In this document: positions 8,198 through 16,411 of the stretch, one piece after another
Layout of the letters: every line of letters begins with the position of its first letter
Numbering within the stretch: the stretch's first letter is position 1
Program-made: the position numbers and the translations under genes
Notes under the pieces: generated by a model
What the model was told of the DNA's origin: nothing
Seen by the model: only the letters and a program-made list of their open reading frames with translations
Database searches by the model: none
Source of the DNA: an uncultured Pseudomonadota bacterium
Lineage (GTDB): Bacteria; Babelota; Babeliae; Babelales; RVW-14
Direction of reading: 5' to 3'
Assembly: GCA_964493325.1 (NCBI GenBank)
Contig: CAZBMD010000001.1
Span: forward strand, 133,022 to 197,021
Length of the DNA: 64,000 bases

Positions 8198-9889
8198 CTA
8201 TTGTTCTTTGTCTTTAGGTTTTAACTTTGTATTAAAACGAATGCTTCGTTCTTCTGCAATAGATTCATCCCACTGGTTTGGCGGCTCTCCGGCAAATGTG
8301 AGTAGTGGAGATATATCAAATCTGGTTTTGAACTCTGTAAATGATTCCCACAATGGCTTGCCTGGTGGTGGTTTAAAGATTCCTTCAATCTCAATGATAG
8401 GAACGCCATGTTCTTTTGTGACTATCGAGACCAATGTGACGTTTACATCAACTTTTTTCTTATCAATAATTTTTGTAAGCTCATCAAGAATTTCATTAGG
8501 CAATAATCGTTCTTTGATAAAAGGTGCCCACAATTCAGTTTTTTCTTGAATGGCTTTTCCAGCTTCTTTGACTAAATTTTGAAGCGTTATTTTTTTTGGC
8601 ATTTTATTAGGAGGAATAATTTTTTTCAGTGGAATCATTTCTTTACTCTCTGTTTTTTCAGCTATTGCTGATAGATGAGCTACTTCAAGATATCCTCTGA
8701 CACTTAAAATTCCTAACCCAAAAATAATTAGCAGTAATGCACAGACAATCTGTTTATTCATGAGTGCATCATGGGTTCGAGCAAATTCTTTGCGTCGTAG
8801 GTTAAAATCATCAAGAATTGGTGATGGAAGAGTGGCGCCAAGTGCCAGCGAAAAAGGACTCCACAGTGCCGGTGGATTTTTGATTGCATTTTTGACTCCT
8901 TTTTCTTGTAAGATTTTTTTGCAATCAAAAGGTTCGCAGGGGATTTGAAGAGCGTTACTTGCAACTTCAGCCATGTGTTTTATTTCTAACCCCTTGCCGA
9001 CAAGAAGAATTTTTTGCACGCCCTGATAATCATTAAGTTTCATGCTAAATGAGTTGAGCGTAAATTGAATATCGTTAAAAAGGCTCATTATATGTCTATT
9101 TGCTGCGATATCAAAGCTTTCGGTTCCATTAAAATTAAGACCAGATGAAAATAGGCGAGCATAGACGTTGCTTATTGGCTCATTAATCTCTTCGCTGATA
9201 TGTTTTGCAAGCGTTGTAATGCCTCGTTGAATATTGCGTGTAAGACGCAACTCTCCGCTGTATAAGAAGGCGATACGCGTTGCGTTGAGCGAGAGATCAA
9301 TAAACGCACACCCGCTGGAAATATTTTTATATTCAGAGATGTTTTGATATAATCCGTACAAAGCAAAAAAATCAACAGAAATACAATTAGGGTCGATGCC
9401 AGCGTCATTGTATAGCGTTAAAACATCCTGAAGATCGCTTTTTCTTATAGCCGCAACAAGCACGTGCGACGTTTGTTGTTCGGTATTTTCTTTGGTTACA
9501 ATAAAATCAATTAAGGCATCATCAATTGCAAATGGCAGCATACTTTCAACTTCATAATCAAGTACCATGCGAATTTTTTCTTGATCAATAAAGGGTATCT
9601 GTAAGCTTTTAAAAATAATAAGCGATGATGGAATACTGATGCATACTTGGTCAAATCGTGGCATCTGAGCTATGCATTTTCTTAAGGCTGCCGTTGTTTT
9701 TTGAGCGATGGTTTCACCTGTTTCAGTTTCAATTGCATATGATGCAAGTGATTCAATTATAGTTCCTCCACGCTTTGCATAGATTAAAGCAGCTTTTATC
9801 TCGTCATCTTGAATGCTCAAACCAAGAATGCGTTGGGCAAGAATACGTTTGTGACGAAATTTTTCAGGTAAAAAAAGCGCAGCAATCAT
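8198..9889 (-). CDS. GspL-like protein (PilM-type actin-like cytoplasmic domain + TM + periplasmic PilN-like domain)
   Basis: The N-terminal ~380 aa follow the PilM/GspL pattern (LGLSIQDDEIKAAL..., VLVAAIRKSDLQDVLTLYNDAGIDPNCISVDFFALYGLY). TM segment IVCALLLIIFGLGILSV. The C-terminal ~160 aa would be periplasmic. Confidence 0.6.
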   Translation of the reverse strand: MIAALFLPEKFRHKRILAQRILGLSIQDDEIKAALIYAKRGGTIIESLASYAIETETGETIAQKTTAALRKCIAQMPRFDQVCISIPSSLIIFKSLQIPFIDQEKIRMVLDYEVESMLPFAIDDALIDFIVTKENTEQQTSHVLVAAIRKSDLQDVLTLYNDAGIDPNCISVDFFALYGLYQNISEYKNISSGCAFIDLSLNATRIAFLYSGELRLTRNIQRGITTLAKHISEEINEPISNVYARLFSSGLNFNGTESFDIAANRHIMSLFNDIQFTLNSFSMKLNDYQGVQKILLVGKGLEIKHMAEVASNALQIPCEPFDCKKILQEKGVKNAIKNPPALWSPFSLALGATLPSPILDDFNLRRKEFARTHDALMNKQIVCALLLIIFGLGILSVRGYLEVAHLSAIAEKTESKEMIPLKKIIPPNKMPKKITLQNLVKEAGKAIQEKTELWAPFIKERLLPNEILDELTKIIDKKKVDVNVTLVSIVTKEHGVPIIEIEGIFKPPPGKPLWESFTEFKTRFDISPLLTFAGEPPNQWDESIAEERSIRFNTKLKPKDKEQ

Positions 9890-12651
9890 ACTGAAACCTT
9901 TCTACCAGCAGTTGATTCTGAGTTATGTGCAGATCTATCTGCTGAGGTCCGTAAAGCTAAGAAATCTTTAAACTGGTTTCGTTGGTTTACAAGATTGTCT
10001 TCTTGCGCTTGATTTTGTGGGGTTATCATATCTTTAAAAAGCTCGCGAGGAGAACTCGTAGGTGATCTATCTATTGGTTTGTTATCTGCGTTGTTGTCTG
10101 TAAGATGTTGATCTGAGAGTAATTGTTTCAGTCGATCTCTTTTTTCTTGAAGAGAATAGTCAAGAGCTTGCTCTTCTGTTAATGCTCCTGTTTGTTGATT
10201 TGGTACACTTTCTTTTGTTGGAATTTGAATAGTAAGTGGCTCGATAAATTGTTGCTCTGTTGCGATGGCTGGTGTCTGCGTTGAGGTATTAGTTTTTTTG
10301 GAGAGAGTTCTATTGCTACCATTGCCTTGCAATAGATTGTCTGATGTTTTCAAAGCCATAAATGGCTGCTCTTGATCTCGTCTTTCATTCTGCTCTTCAA
10401 TGATTTCTTGTCGAATTGTTTGAGATCGATAATACGGATCATTACGAATATCAACGGTTGTTGGTTGATAGCGAGCGTTAGCAAAATCTATTACCTTGTG
10501 AGAGTAGTTTTCCTTGGCAGGATTAAAGAACCAATTGTGAATAGGGTCGTGTGTACGCTTTGTTTCGATAGCTTCTTCAATTCTGTTAGTGGCATCATGC
10601 ATCTTCATTTTTGTGTACATTTGAATACCAGGGATTTGACGTGGCTTAATGATCGTTGGTGCCATAAAAATAAAAATATATTCTTTTTTGACTGTTCGTT
10701 CTTGACTCTTAAATAGCCACCCAAGGATTGGAATGTCGCCAAGTAATGGGGTTTTACTTTTACTTTCATCGACTTTTGTTTTTACAAAACCGCCAAGAAC
10801 CAGTACTTGCCCATCAGCAACCGTGACATTTGTTTTGAGATTTTTTGTATTTCTGATGTTACCTGCAGTATCAACAAAATCTTCGATGGTAACGTTCATA
10901 TCCATACGGATAAGCCCCTCAAGATTTATTTGAGGCTGAACTTGAATACTTGTTTTTACAGGAATTTCAGTAAAACTTTGACGAGCATCGCCCTCTTCTG
11001 CCACCACGCGCTTGGTCTCGCCAACTTCTATTGATGCGCTTGTCTTGTTTGCAACAGTGACAAATGGTTGAGAAAGGAGTGTGGCATTCACTTGGGATTT
11101 GAGCATGCGAAAAACACCCCAAATATTGTCTTTTTTTCCAAAGCTTAAAACAGTTGCTCCTTGGGCAGCTACAAGCTGGTTGAGTAAGCTGCCAAGTAAG
11201 CTGACTGGAGTTGTGTCTGTTGAAGAAACTGGTTCAAGACTAGGATTGCCTGTTAAAGCTGCTGATTGAAAGTCTATGTTGTGTCCAATTTGTCCATGTT
11301 TTTTGTTTCGTAGCATACCTCCAAGGCTTTTGGCATCGTCGACCGAAACGGAGACAATGAGTGTTTCGATGGCGACTTGAGGCTGTGGTTTATCAAGATC
11401 AATAATTGTTTGTTTGAGTAACTTCCAATCTTGTTTATCGGTGGATGAGACTATGAGCCTATTTCCATCTTTATCGACTTGAAACTTCATTGATTTGAAA
11501 TATTTGACGCCTCCTCGCACTGCCCCATATTTGCCTGCTTGTGCTCCAATTGTTGATTCTGGGGCTTGCGTAACTTCTTTTAGGATATCCATGATTTGTT
11601 GAGCATCGGTGTGTTTGAGCTCAAAAATATGAAGAGGAGATTCGGTTCCTTGCAGTTCTGTATCAATGTGTTTAGTAATGAAATCGATAATTTTTTCAAT
11701 TGAAGCATTATTGCCAAGCAGAACAAGAGAGTTTGTTCGTTCTTCAGCGATGATGCGTGTACCGGGTGAAAAATACTCAGAGGTGCCTTCGGATGTTTTG
11801 CCCAGTAGTCGAGCAAGTGGATTCCCTTCTGGCTTCTTGACTAAAAGATCAAGAATTCCTTTGACGTCGGCGGCGTTTGCTCGCTTAAGACGGACAACAG
11901 CAACCGTTTCTTGCATACCCATCTGGTCAAGTTCAAGGAGAAGTCGAGCAGCGGCTTTGATGTTGAGAGACTTGTCGGTGATGATAAACGCATTGGCATC
12001 TTTTTGTTCAACGACGTTATTTGGAGAACTGAGCATACTCAGGAGCAGATCTTTAACGTCAGCTACTTGAATGTTGTTTAAAAAAAGAACGTAACGAATT
12101 TCAAGTTCACTGTTTGGTAGCGTCTCAGGGCCAACATTGATGTAGGCTGGCAGTGCTTGTGTGAGTTTTTTATCACGCGGAATAATTTTATAAATGTCTT
12201 CATTTTCAATAAGCGAAAAACCGGCCATCTCAAGTACACTCAAGAAAATATTCCATGCGCCATCAGCGGTCAATGGGTCTCGAATAGTGAGCGATATCTT
12301 TGCCCCTTCTAAAGTTTTATCGGGGATGATGTTAAGCTTTCTTATCTCTGCCATGTAGTTTATAAAGTTTATCAGGTCAGTGTTTTCAAAATTAAAGAAA
12401 ATGTCTTTTTTTGCCTCACCACGATTTTTTGCATCACCTTGCAAGGTTGATTGATTTTGTTTATTGATGGATTGTGACGCATCAATAATAGGGAGTGGCG
12501 GCAAAGAATTTTGCTGGTCAATAGTATTAGTTAATTCTTGATTTAAATCTGTAAAAGCTGTCCCAGAGGCAATACACATGATTGATAAAAAAAAGATTAT
12601 GCTGCGCGGGTGTTTTTTGGTATTCATACCTTTTTCATCCTTATTAATCAT
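9886..12651 (-). CDS. gspD: Secretin, GspD-type (paralog 1) with ~250-aa C-terminal extension
   Basis: Signal peptide. N0-like IFFNFENTDLINFINYMAEIRKLNII. Secretin core VLVLGGF...TPLLGDIPILGWLFKSQERTVKKEYIFIFMAPTIIKP. The tail is rich in Q/N/S/T. Confidence 0.88.
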   Translation of the reverse strand: MINKDEKGMNTKKHPRSIIFFLSIMCIASGTAFTDLNQELTNTIDQQNSLPPLPIIDASQSINKQNQSTLQGDAKNRGEAKKDIFFNFENTDLINFINYMAEIRKLNIIPDKTLEGAKISLTIRDPLTADGAWNIFLSVLEMAGFSLIENEDIYKIIPRDKKLTQALPAYINVGPETLPNSELEIRYVLFLNNIQVADVKDLLLSMLSSPNNVVEQKDANAFIITDKSLNIKAAARLLLELDQMGMQETVAVVRLKRANAADVKGILDLLVKKPEGNPLARLLGKTSEGTSEYFSPGTRIIAEERTNSLVLLGNNASIEKIIDFITKHIDTELQGTESPLHIFELKHTDAQQIMDILKEVTQAPESTIGAQAGKYGAVRGGVKYFKSMKFQVDKDGNRLIVSSTDKQDWKLLKQTIIDLDKPQPQVAIETLIVSVSVDDAKSLGGMLRNKKHGQIGHNIDFQSAALTGNPSLEPVSSTDTTPVSLLGSLLNQLVAAQGATVLSFGKKDNIWGVFRMLKSQVNATLLSQPFVTVANKTSASIEVGETKRVVAEEGDARQSFTEIPVKTSIQVQPQINLEGLIRMDMNVTIEDFVDTAGNIRNTKNLKTNVTVADGQVLVLGGFVKTKVDESKSKTPLLGDIPILGWLFKSQERTVKKEYIFIFMAPTIIKPRQIPGIQMYTKMKMHDATNRIEEAIETKRTHDPIHNWFFNPAKENYSHKVIDFANARYQPTTVDIRNDPYYRSQTIRQEIIEEQNERRDQEQPFMALKTSDNLLQGNGSNRTLSKKTNTSTQTPAIATEQQFIEPLTIQIPTKESVPNQQTGALTEEQALDYSLQEKRDRLKQLLSDQHLTDNNADNKPIDRSPTSSPRELFKDMITPQNQAQEDNLVNQRNQFKDFLALRTSADRSAHNSESTAGRKVSV

Positions 12652-12654
12652 TTA

Positions 12655-13791
12655 TTATGCCCGTTGACGTTGAGTACGTGTTCGCAAGTTATCCATGAGT
12701 TTTTTGCGAACATCCATCATTGTTTTTTGGCGTACAGGGTTAGGATGTCGTTTCTTGAATTTACGTAAATTGGTTTCTCGTTCTTGTAGCCTACTCATGC
12801 TTTGATCTGATATAACAGTTGGGGTTGATCCTGCAGCAAAATCAAACTGGCTTGCCGAGTCAAAGCGCGTAAATCGATATGTGTGGAACAAGTCGCTTTG
12901 AGCTCGTCGAATTTGCATATTTACAGAATCGCCCTGTCGAACACTTGATAGTGTATCATAAATAGCAAGGCGATTTTTTGGTTCCGCTGTTGCCAGGTTG
13001 TTTACCGCGACAATGATATCATTTTGCTTGAGCCCTAAGAGAGAGCCGATTTCTTGCTCGCCAATTTTTCCAACACGAATTCCAACAGGCGCTCCTTCGT
13101 AAAAAGCCATACCAACCAAGGGCACGCGCTCAATAAAGTTGCCAAGTGAATCAATTTCTTTGGCAAAAGCCTGGTGGTCAACATCAAACGTAAATGAATC
13201 AAGTTGCTTAACTGTTTTTTTGAGTGCTTCAGGAGCTGCAAGATCTAACTTATTGTCTTCTTTTCGCAAAAAAAATGTTTCTTGCTGGCCATTGGCGCGT
13301 AAAAAAATAACTCGGTTACGTGCAATCTTTATAACTTGAGCGTCTTTTATCTTTTCTCCAACGTGATAAAGACCTTCTTTGTTGGTTTCATCAGCGATCA
13401 TTGCAACGTTACGCATTTCATCTGATGATACAATAATTCCTTTAAGGGCGATGCTCAGTGGAGCTACAAATTCCTGTCTTTTTTGCTCAGGAGGTTGGGG
13501 GATAATAGGAGCTCGAAGCTCAGGAACAGGAGTTGTAAAATTCTTTTGTGATGGCTGCGGAATAGGGGGCGGCATTGGAGCAACAAATGTTCCAAAAATA
13601 TCATTTTGATAAATACTTTCAAGGTTGACGATCGAAGCTGCGTCCTTTTTTTTTAAAGGTTCGCTGACAATTGGTTTTTTGATCCGTAGTCGCGGAGCTT
13701 CTTGATGGAGTAGCTGAGTCAAAGACAAAACCACAATAAAAATACTCAGGAGTGAGCTATTTACGATCCATAACTGTTGCTTCATAGTCAA
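12655..13791 (-). CDS. gspC: Type II secretion protein C-like (TM + HR-like domain + PDZ)
   Basis: N-terminal TM (LWIVNSSLLSIFIVVLSL), a Pro-rich linker, HR-like YHVGEKIKDAQVIKIARNRVIFLRANGQQETFFL, and PDZ-like GIRVGKIGEQEIGSLLGLKQNDIIVAVNN. It sits immediately upstream of a secretin. Confidence 0.7.
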   Translation of the reverse strand: MTMKQQLWIVNSSLLSIFIVVLSLTQLLHQEAPRLRIKKPIVSEPLKKKDAASIVNLESIYQNDIFGTFVAPMPPPIPQPSQKNFTTPVPELRAPIIPQPPEQKRQEFVAPLSIALKGIIVSSDEMRNVAMIADETNKEGLYHVGEKIKDAQVIKIARNRVIFLRANGQQETFFLRKEDNKLDLAAPEALKKTVKQLDSFTFDVDHQAFAKEIDSLGNFIERVPLVGMAFYEGAPVGIRVGKIGEQEIGSLLGLKQNDIIVAVNNLATAEPKNRLAIYDTLSSVRQGDSVNMQIRRAQSDLFHTYRFTRFDSASQFDFAAGSTPTVISDQSMSRLQERETNLRKFKKRHPNPVRQKTMMDVRKKLMDNLRTRTQRQRA

Positions 13792-13871
13792 CTTTCCTTG
13801 TTTACAGACTTCGAAGATACTTTTAACGTATCTCTACTGTCAAGTAAACACTACAGGTATTCTTATTTTTT

Positions 13872-14858
13872 TTACGGAGCAGGAATCACACGCAATATTT
13901 TCTGAATAATGGCGTCTGGTGATACATTTTCCGCTTCAGCTTCGTACGTTAAAATAATGCGGTGTCGTAGGACATCGGCTGCAACAGCTTTGACGTCGTC
14001 AGGTATAACAAAGTGACGCTTTTTCAAAAAAGCATAACCTTTTGCTGCCTGCGTTAAGCGGAGACTCGCGCGAGGAGATGCTCCGTATTGAATAAAGTGC
14101 TCAATGTCTTCAAGTCGATGTTCAGTTGGATTTCGTGAGGCGAAAACAATATTCAATATGTAGTCAGTAACTTTGTCATCGATATATATTTCTTTGACCA
14201 GTTGTTGGTCTGCAAGAATGTCCTGAATTTCAATAATTTTATTAATCGTTTGAGGCTTTAAAGCTTTTGCAATAATATCTCGTTCTTCAGCCATCTTAGG
14301 ATACGTGATCAATATTTTAAACATAAACCGATCGACTTGTGCTTCTGGTAGACGATAGGTTCCTTCTTGATCTATAGGATTTTGCGTTGCAAGAACTAAA
14401 AAAGGCTGATCAAGAGGGAATGTCGTATCCCCAATGGTGACTTGATGTTCTTGCATAGCTTCAAGTAGGGCAGATTGTACTTTTGCTGGTGCGCGATTTA
14501 TTTCGTCAGCAAGAATAAGGTTGCTAAAAATAGGACCTTTTTTGGTTTGAAACTCTTGTGTCTTTGGATTGTAAATTAAAGTTCCAATAAGATCTGCAGG
14601 TAATAAATCAGGGGTAAACTGAATCCTTCTAAAATGAAGTCCAATTGCATCAGATATAGATTTAATCAAAGTTGTTTTTGCAAGACCTGGTACGCCTTCC
14701 AAGAGGACGTGTCCATTGCATAATAAGCTGATGAGTATGCGATCGATAATTTGCTCTTGCCCCACAATAACTTTGCGGATCTCGTTTTTGAGATCTTGCC
14801 ATTTTATTGATTTTTCTTTGACAAGTTCTGCGGTGTTGTGAGAAGAAAATTGTTCCAT
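13872..14858 (-). CDS. MoxR-family AAA+ ATPase
   Basis: Walker A LLEGVPGLAKT, Walker B/sensor ILADEINRAPAKVQSALLEAMQE, and the typical ~320-aa MoxR layout. Confidence 0.9.
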   Translation of the reverse strand: MEQFSSHNTAELVKEKSIKWQDLKNEIRKVIVGQEQIIDRILISLLCNGHVLLEGVPGLAKTTLIKSISDAIGLHFRRIQFTPDLLPADLIGTLIYNPKTQEFQTKKGPIFSNLILADEINRAPAKVQSALLEAMQEHQVTIGDTTFPLDQPFLVLATQNPIDQEGTYRLPEAQVDRFMFKILITYPKMAEERDIIAKALKPQTINKIIEIQDILADQQLVKEIYIDDKVTDYILNIVFASRNPTEHRLEDIEHFIQYGASPRASLRLTQAAKGYAFLKKRHFVIPDDVKAVAADVLRHRIILTYEAEAENVSPDAIIQKILRVIPAP

Positions 14859-15109
14859 GCTTGCCCTCTCTTCTATAAATTTGCATTCTAACGAAACTTA
14901 AAGAGCTCGTATGATGACTCTACCTGGCATTCTATCAGATTACAAAAGAAAGTTGAGTTCTATTTTTTGTAATCAGTGATGCATTATTTGAGATGATGGC
15001 TGATCGTTAAAAGATGTTAGTTAATACTTGTTTGAATTAGTTATTTTTATTGGTAACAATAGGTCATGATTTTTGTGAAGATATATAAATCTAACATTCA
15101 GGAATTGGA

Positions 15110-16411
15110 ATGAACAAGCAATTATTAAGTATACTATTTATTTGTTTATTGCAAGTGTCATGTCTCAAATATAGCATCTATGCTGATATATGCTCATTGC
15201 AAGATTTTTCATTTAAAAAATTGTCGAATGAACTTTTGACGGTGAAAATTGATGAAAAAATTCCTGATTATATTAAAGATGAAAACGGAGAGCGGGAGGT
15301 TCCTCTGAGTCTAAAGGCACAATTATATACCTATCTTCCAATATTGGATGTCAAAACTTCTGTAAAAACTTTATATGGACATACTGGTTCAGTTAATTCG
15401 GTAATTCAGCTTAATATTGGGGTTTTTGCAGGATGCCTTGCTTCTGCATCTTATGATCGTACAGTCAGAATATGGAACTCTTTTACAGGTAAATGTTTAC
15501 GTATTCTTAAACACTCATCTGCCGTTAGATCAGTAATGCAGCTTCAACATGGAGATTATGCAGGATATCTTGCCTCTGTTTCTTGGGAACATATAGTTAC
15601 AATTTGGAATCCTTTGTCAGGTAAATGTGTCTGTATACTAAAAGGGCATACTGGCTTCATTCACTCAGTAATCCAGCTGAGTCATGGCGATTTAGCAGAA
15701 TGCCTTATATCTGCATCTTGGGACAATTCGGTTAGGGTTTGGAATCCTTATTCAGGTGAATGTATTCGTGCATTGTCTTATGATGAAGATCGTGAACTTG
15801 ATTTTTGGCCTTCTGTTACGGGTGAGCGTATACGCACGTTAAAGCAGCTTAGACCGGTTAATGCTGCTATTAAGTTAAAGTATGGCGAATATGCAGGACA
15901 TTTTTTGTTTGTTCCGAATGATTGTATTTTGAGAATTTTAGATCCGATTACTGGCAACTATGTACGTTCTTTGGAAAAATATATGTGCGCAGGTAGTGGA
16001 AAAGTGCAATTGAGGAATGGCAATATTGCGGCCGGATTTGTTGATTGTTCAATTAAAGTTAGAGATATATCAGGTGGTCGTGATGAATGTATAAGATCTC
16101 TTAGTGGGCACAGCGATTTTATTACATCATTGATCCAATTAGAAGATGGACGATTAGTATCGACTTCTTGGGGGCATGTCATCAAAATATGGGATATGTA
16201 TCCGCAAGATGTATGCGATCTTTCTTTGGAGCAGTATATCCTTGTTGCTCAGTTGCAGTTTCACAAGAGGAATGGAGATAATATTCAATTGCATGCAGAC
16301 TGGTATGAAGTTTTTAATACGCTACCAGAATATTTTCAGAATCAATACCTTGAGTATTTAGATAATCATTCTTTCAATTTTGCACACAGAAGGTGGTGCG
16401 CTATTTTATAA
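15110..16411 (+). CDS. Signal-peptide WD40 repeat (beta-propeller) protein
   Basis: The N-terminus MNKQLLSILFICLLQVSCLKYSIYA looks like a signal peptide. Repeats of GH[TS]..[VI].S[VL][IM]QL..G..A..L.SAS.D..V.[IV]WN recur about every 44 aa. Confidence 0.8.
   Translation: MNKQLLSILFICLLQVSCLKYSIYADICSLQDFSFKKLSNELLTVKIDEKIPDYIKDENGEREVPLSLKAQLYTYLPILDVKTSVKTLYGHTGSVNSVIQLNIGVFAGCLASASYDRTVRIWNSFTGKCLRILKHSSAVRSVMQLQHGDYAGYLASVSWEHIVTIWNPLSGKCVCILKGHTGFIHSVIQLSHGDLAECLISASWDNSVRVWNPYSGECIRALSYDEDRELDFWPSVTGERIRTLKQLRPVNAAIKLKYGEYAGHFLFVPNDCILRILDPITGNYVRSLEKYMCAGSGKVQLRNGNIAAGFVDCSIKVRDISGGRDECIRSLSGHSDFITSLIQLEDGRLVSTSWGHVIKIWDMYPQDVCDLSLEQYILVAQLQFHKRNGDNIQLHADWYEVFNTLPEYFQNQYLEYLDNHSFNFAHRRWCAIL

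Noticed and set aside
14938-14974. 10-bp inverted repeat (gattacaaaa / ttttgtaatc, 17-nt loop) in the moxR / WD40 divergent intergenic region, considered as an operator
   Set aside because: It is short and AT-rich in an AT-rich spacer. I saw no second copy and no adjacent regulator to link it to, so the evidence is insufficient.
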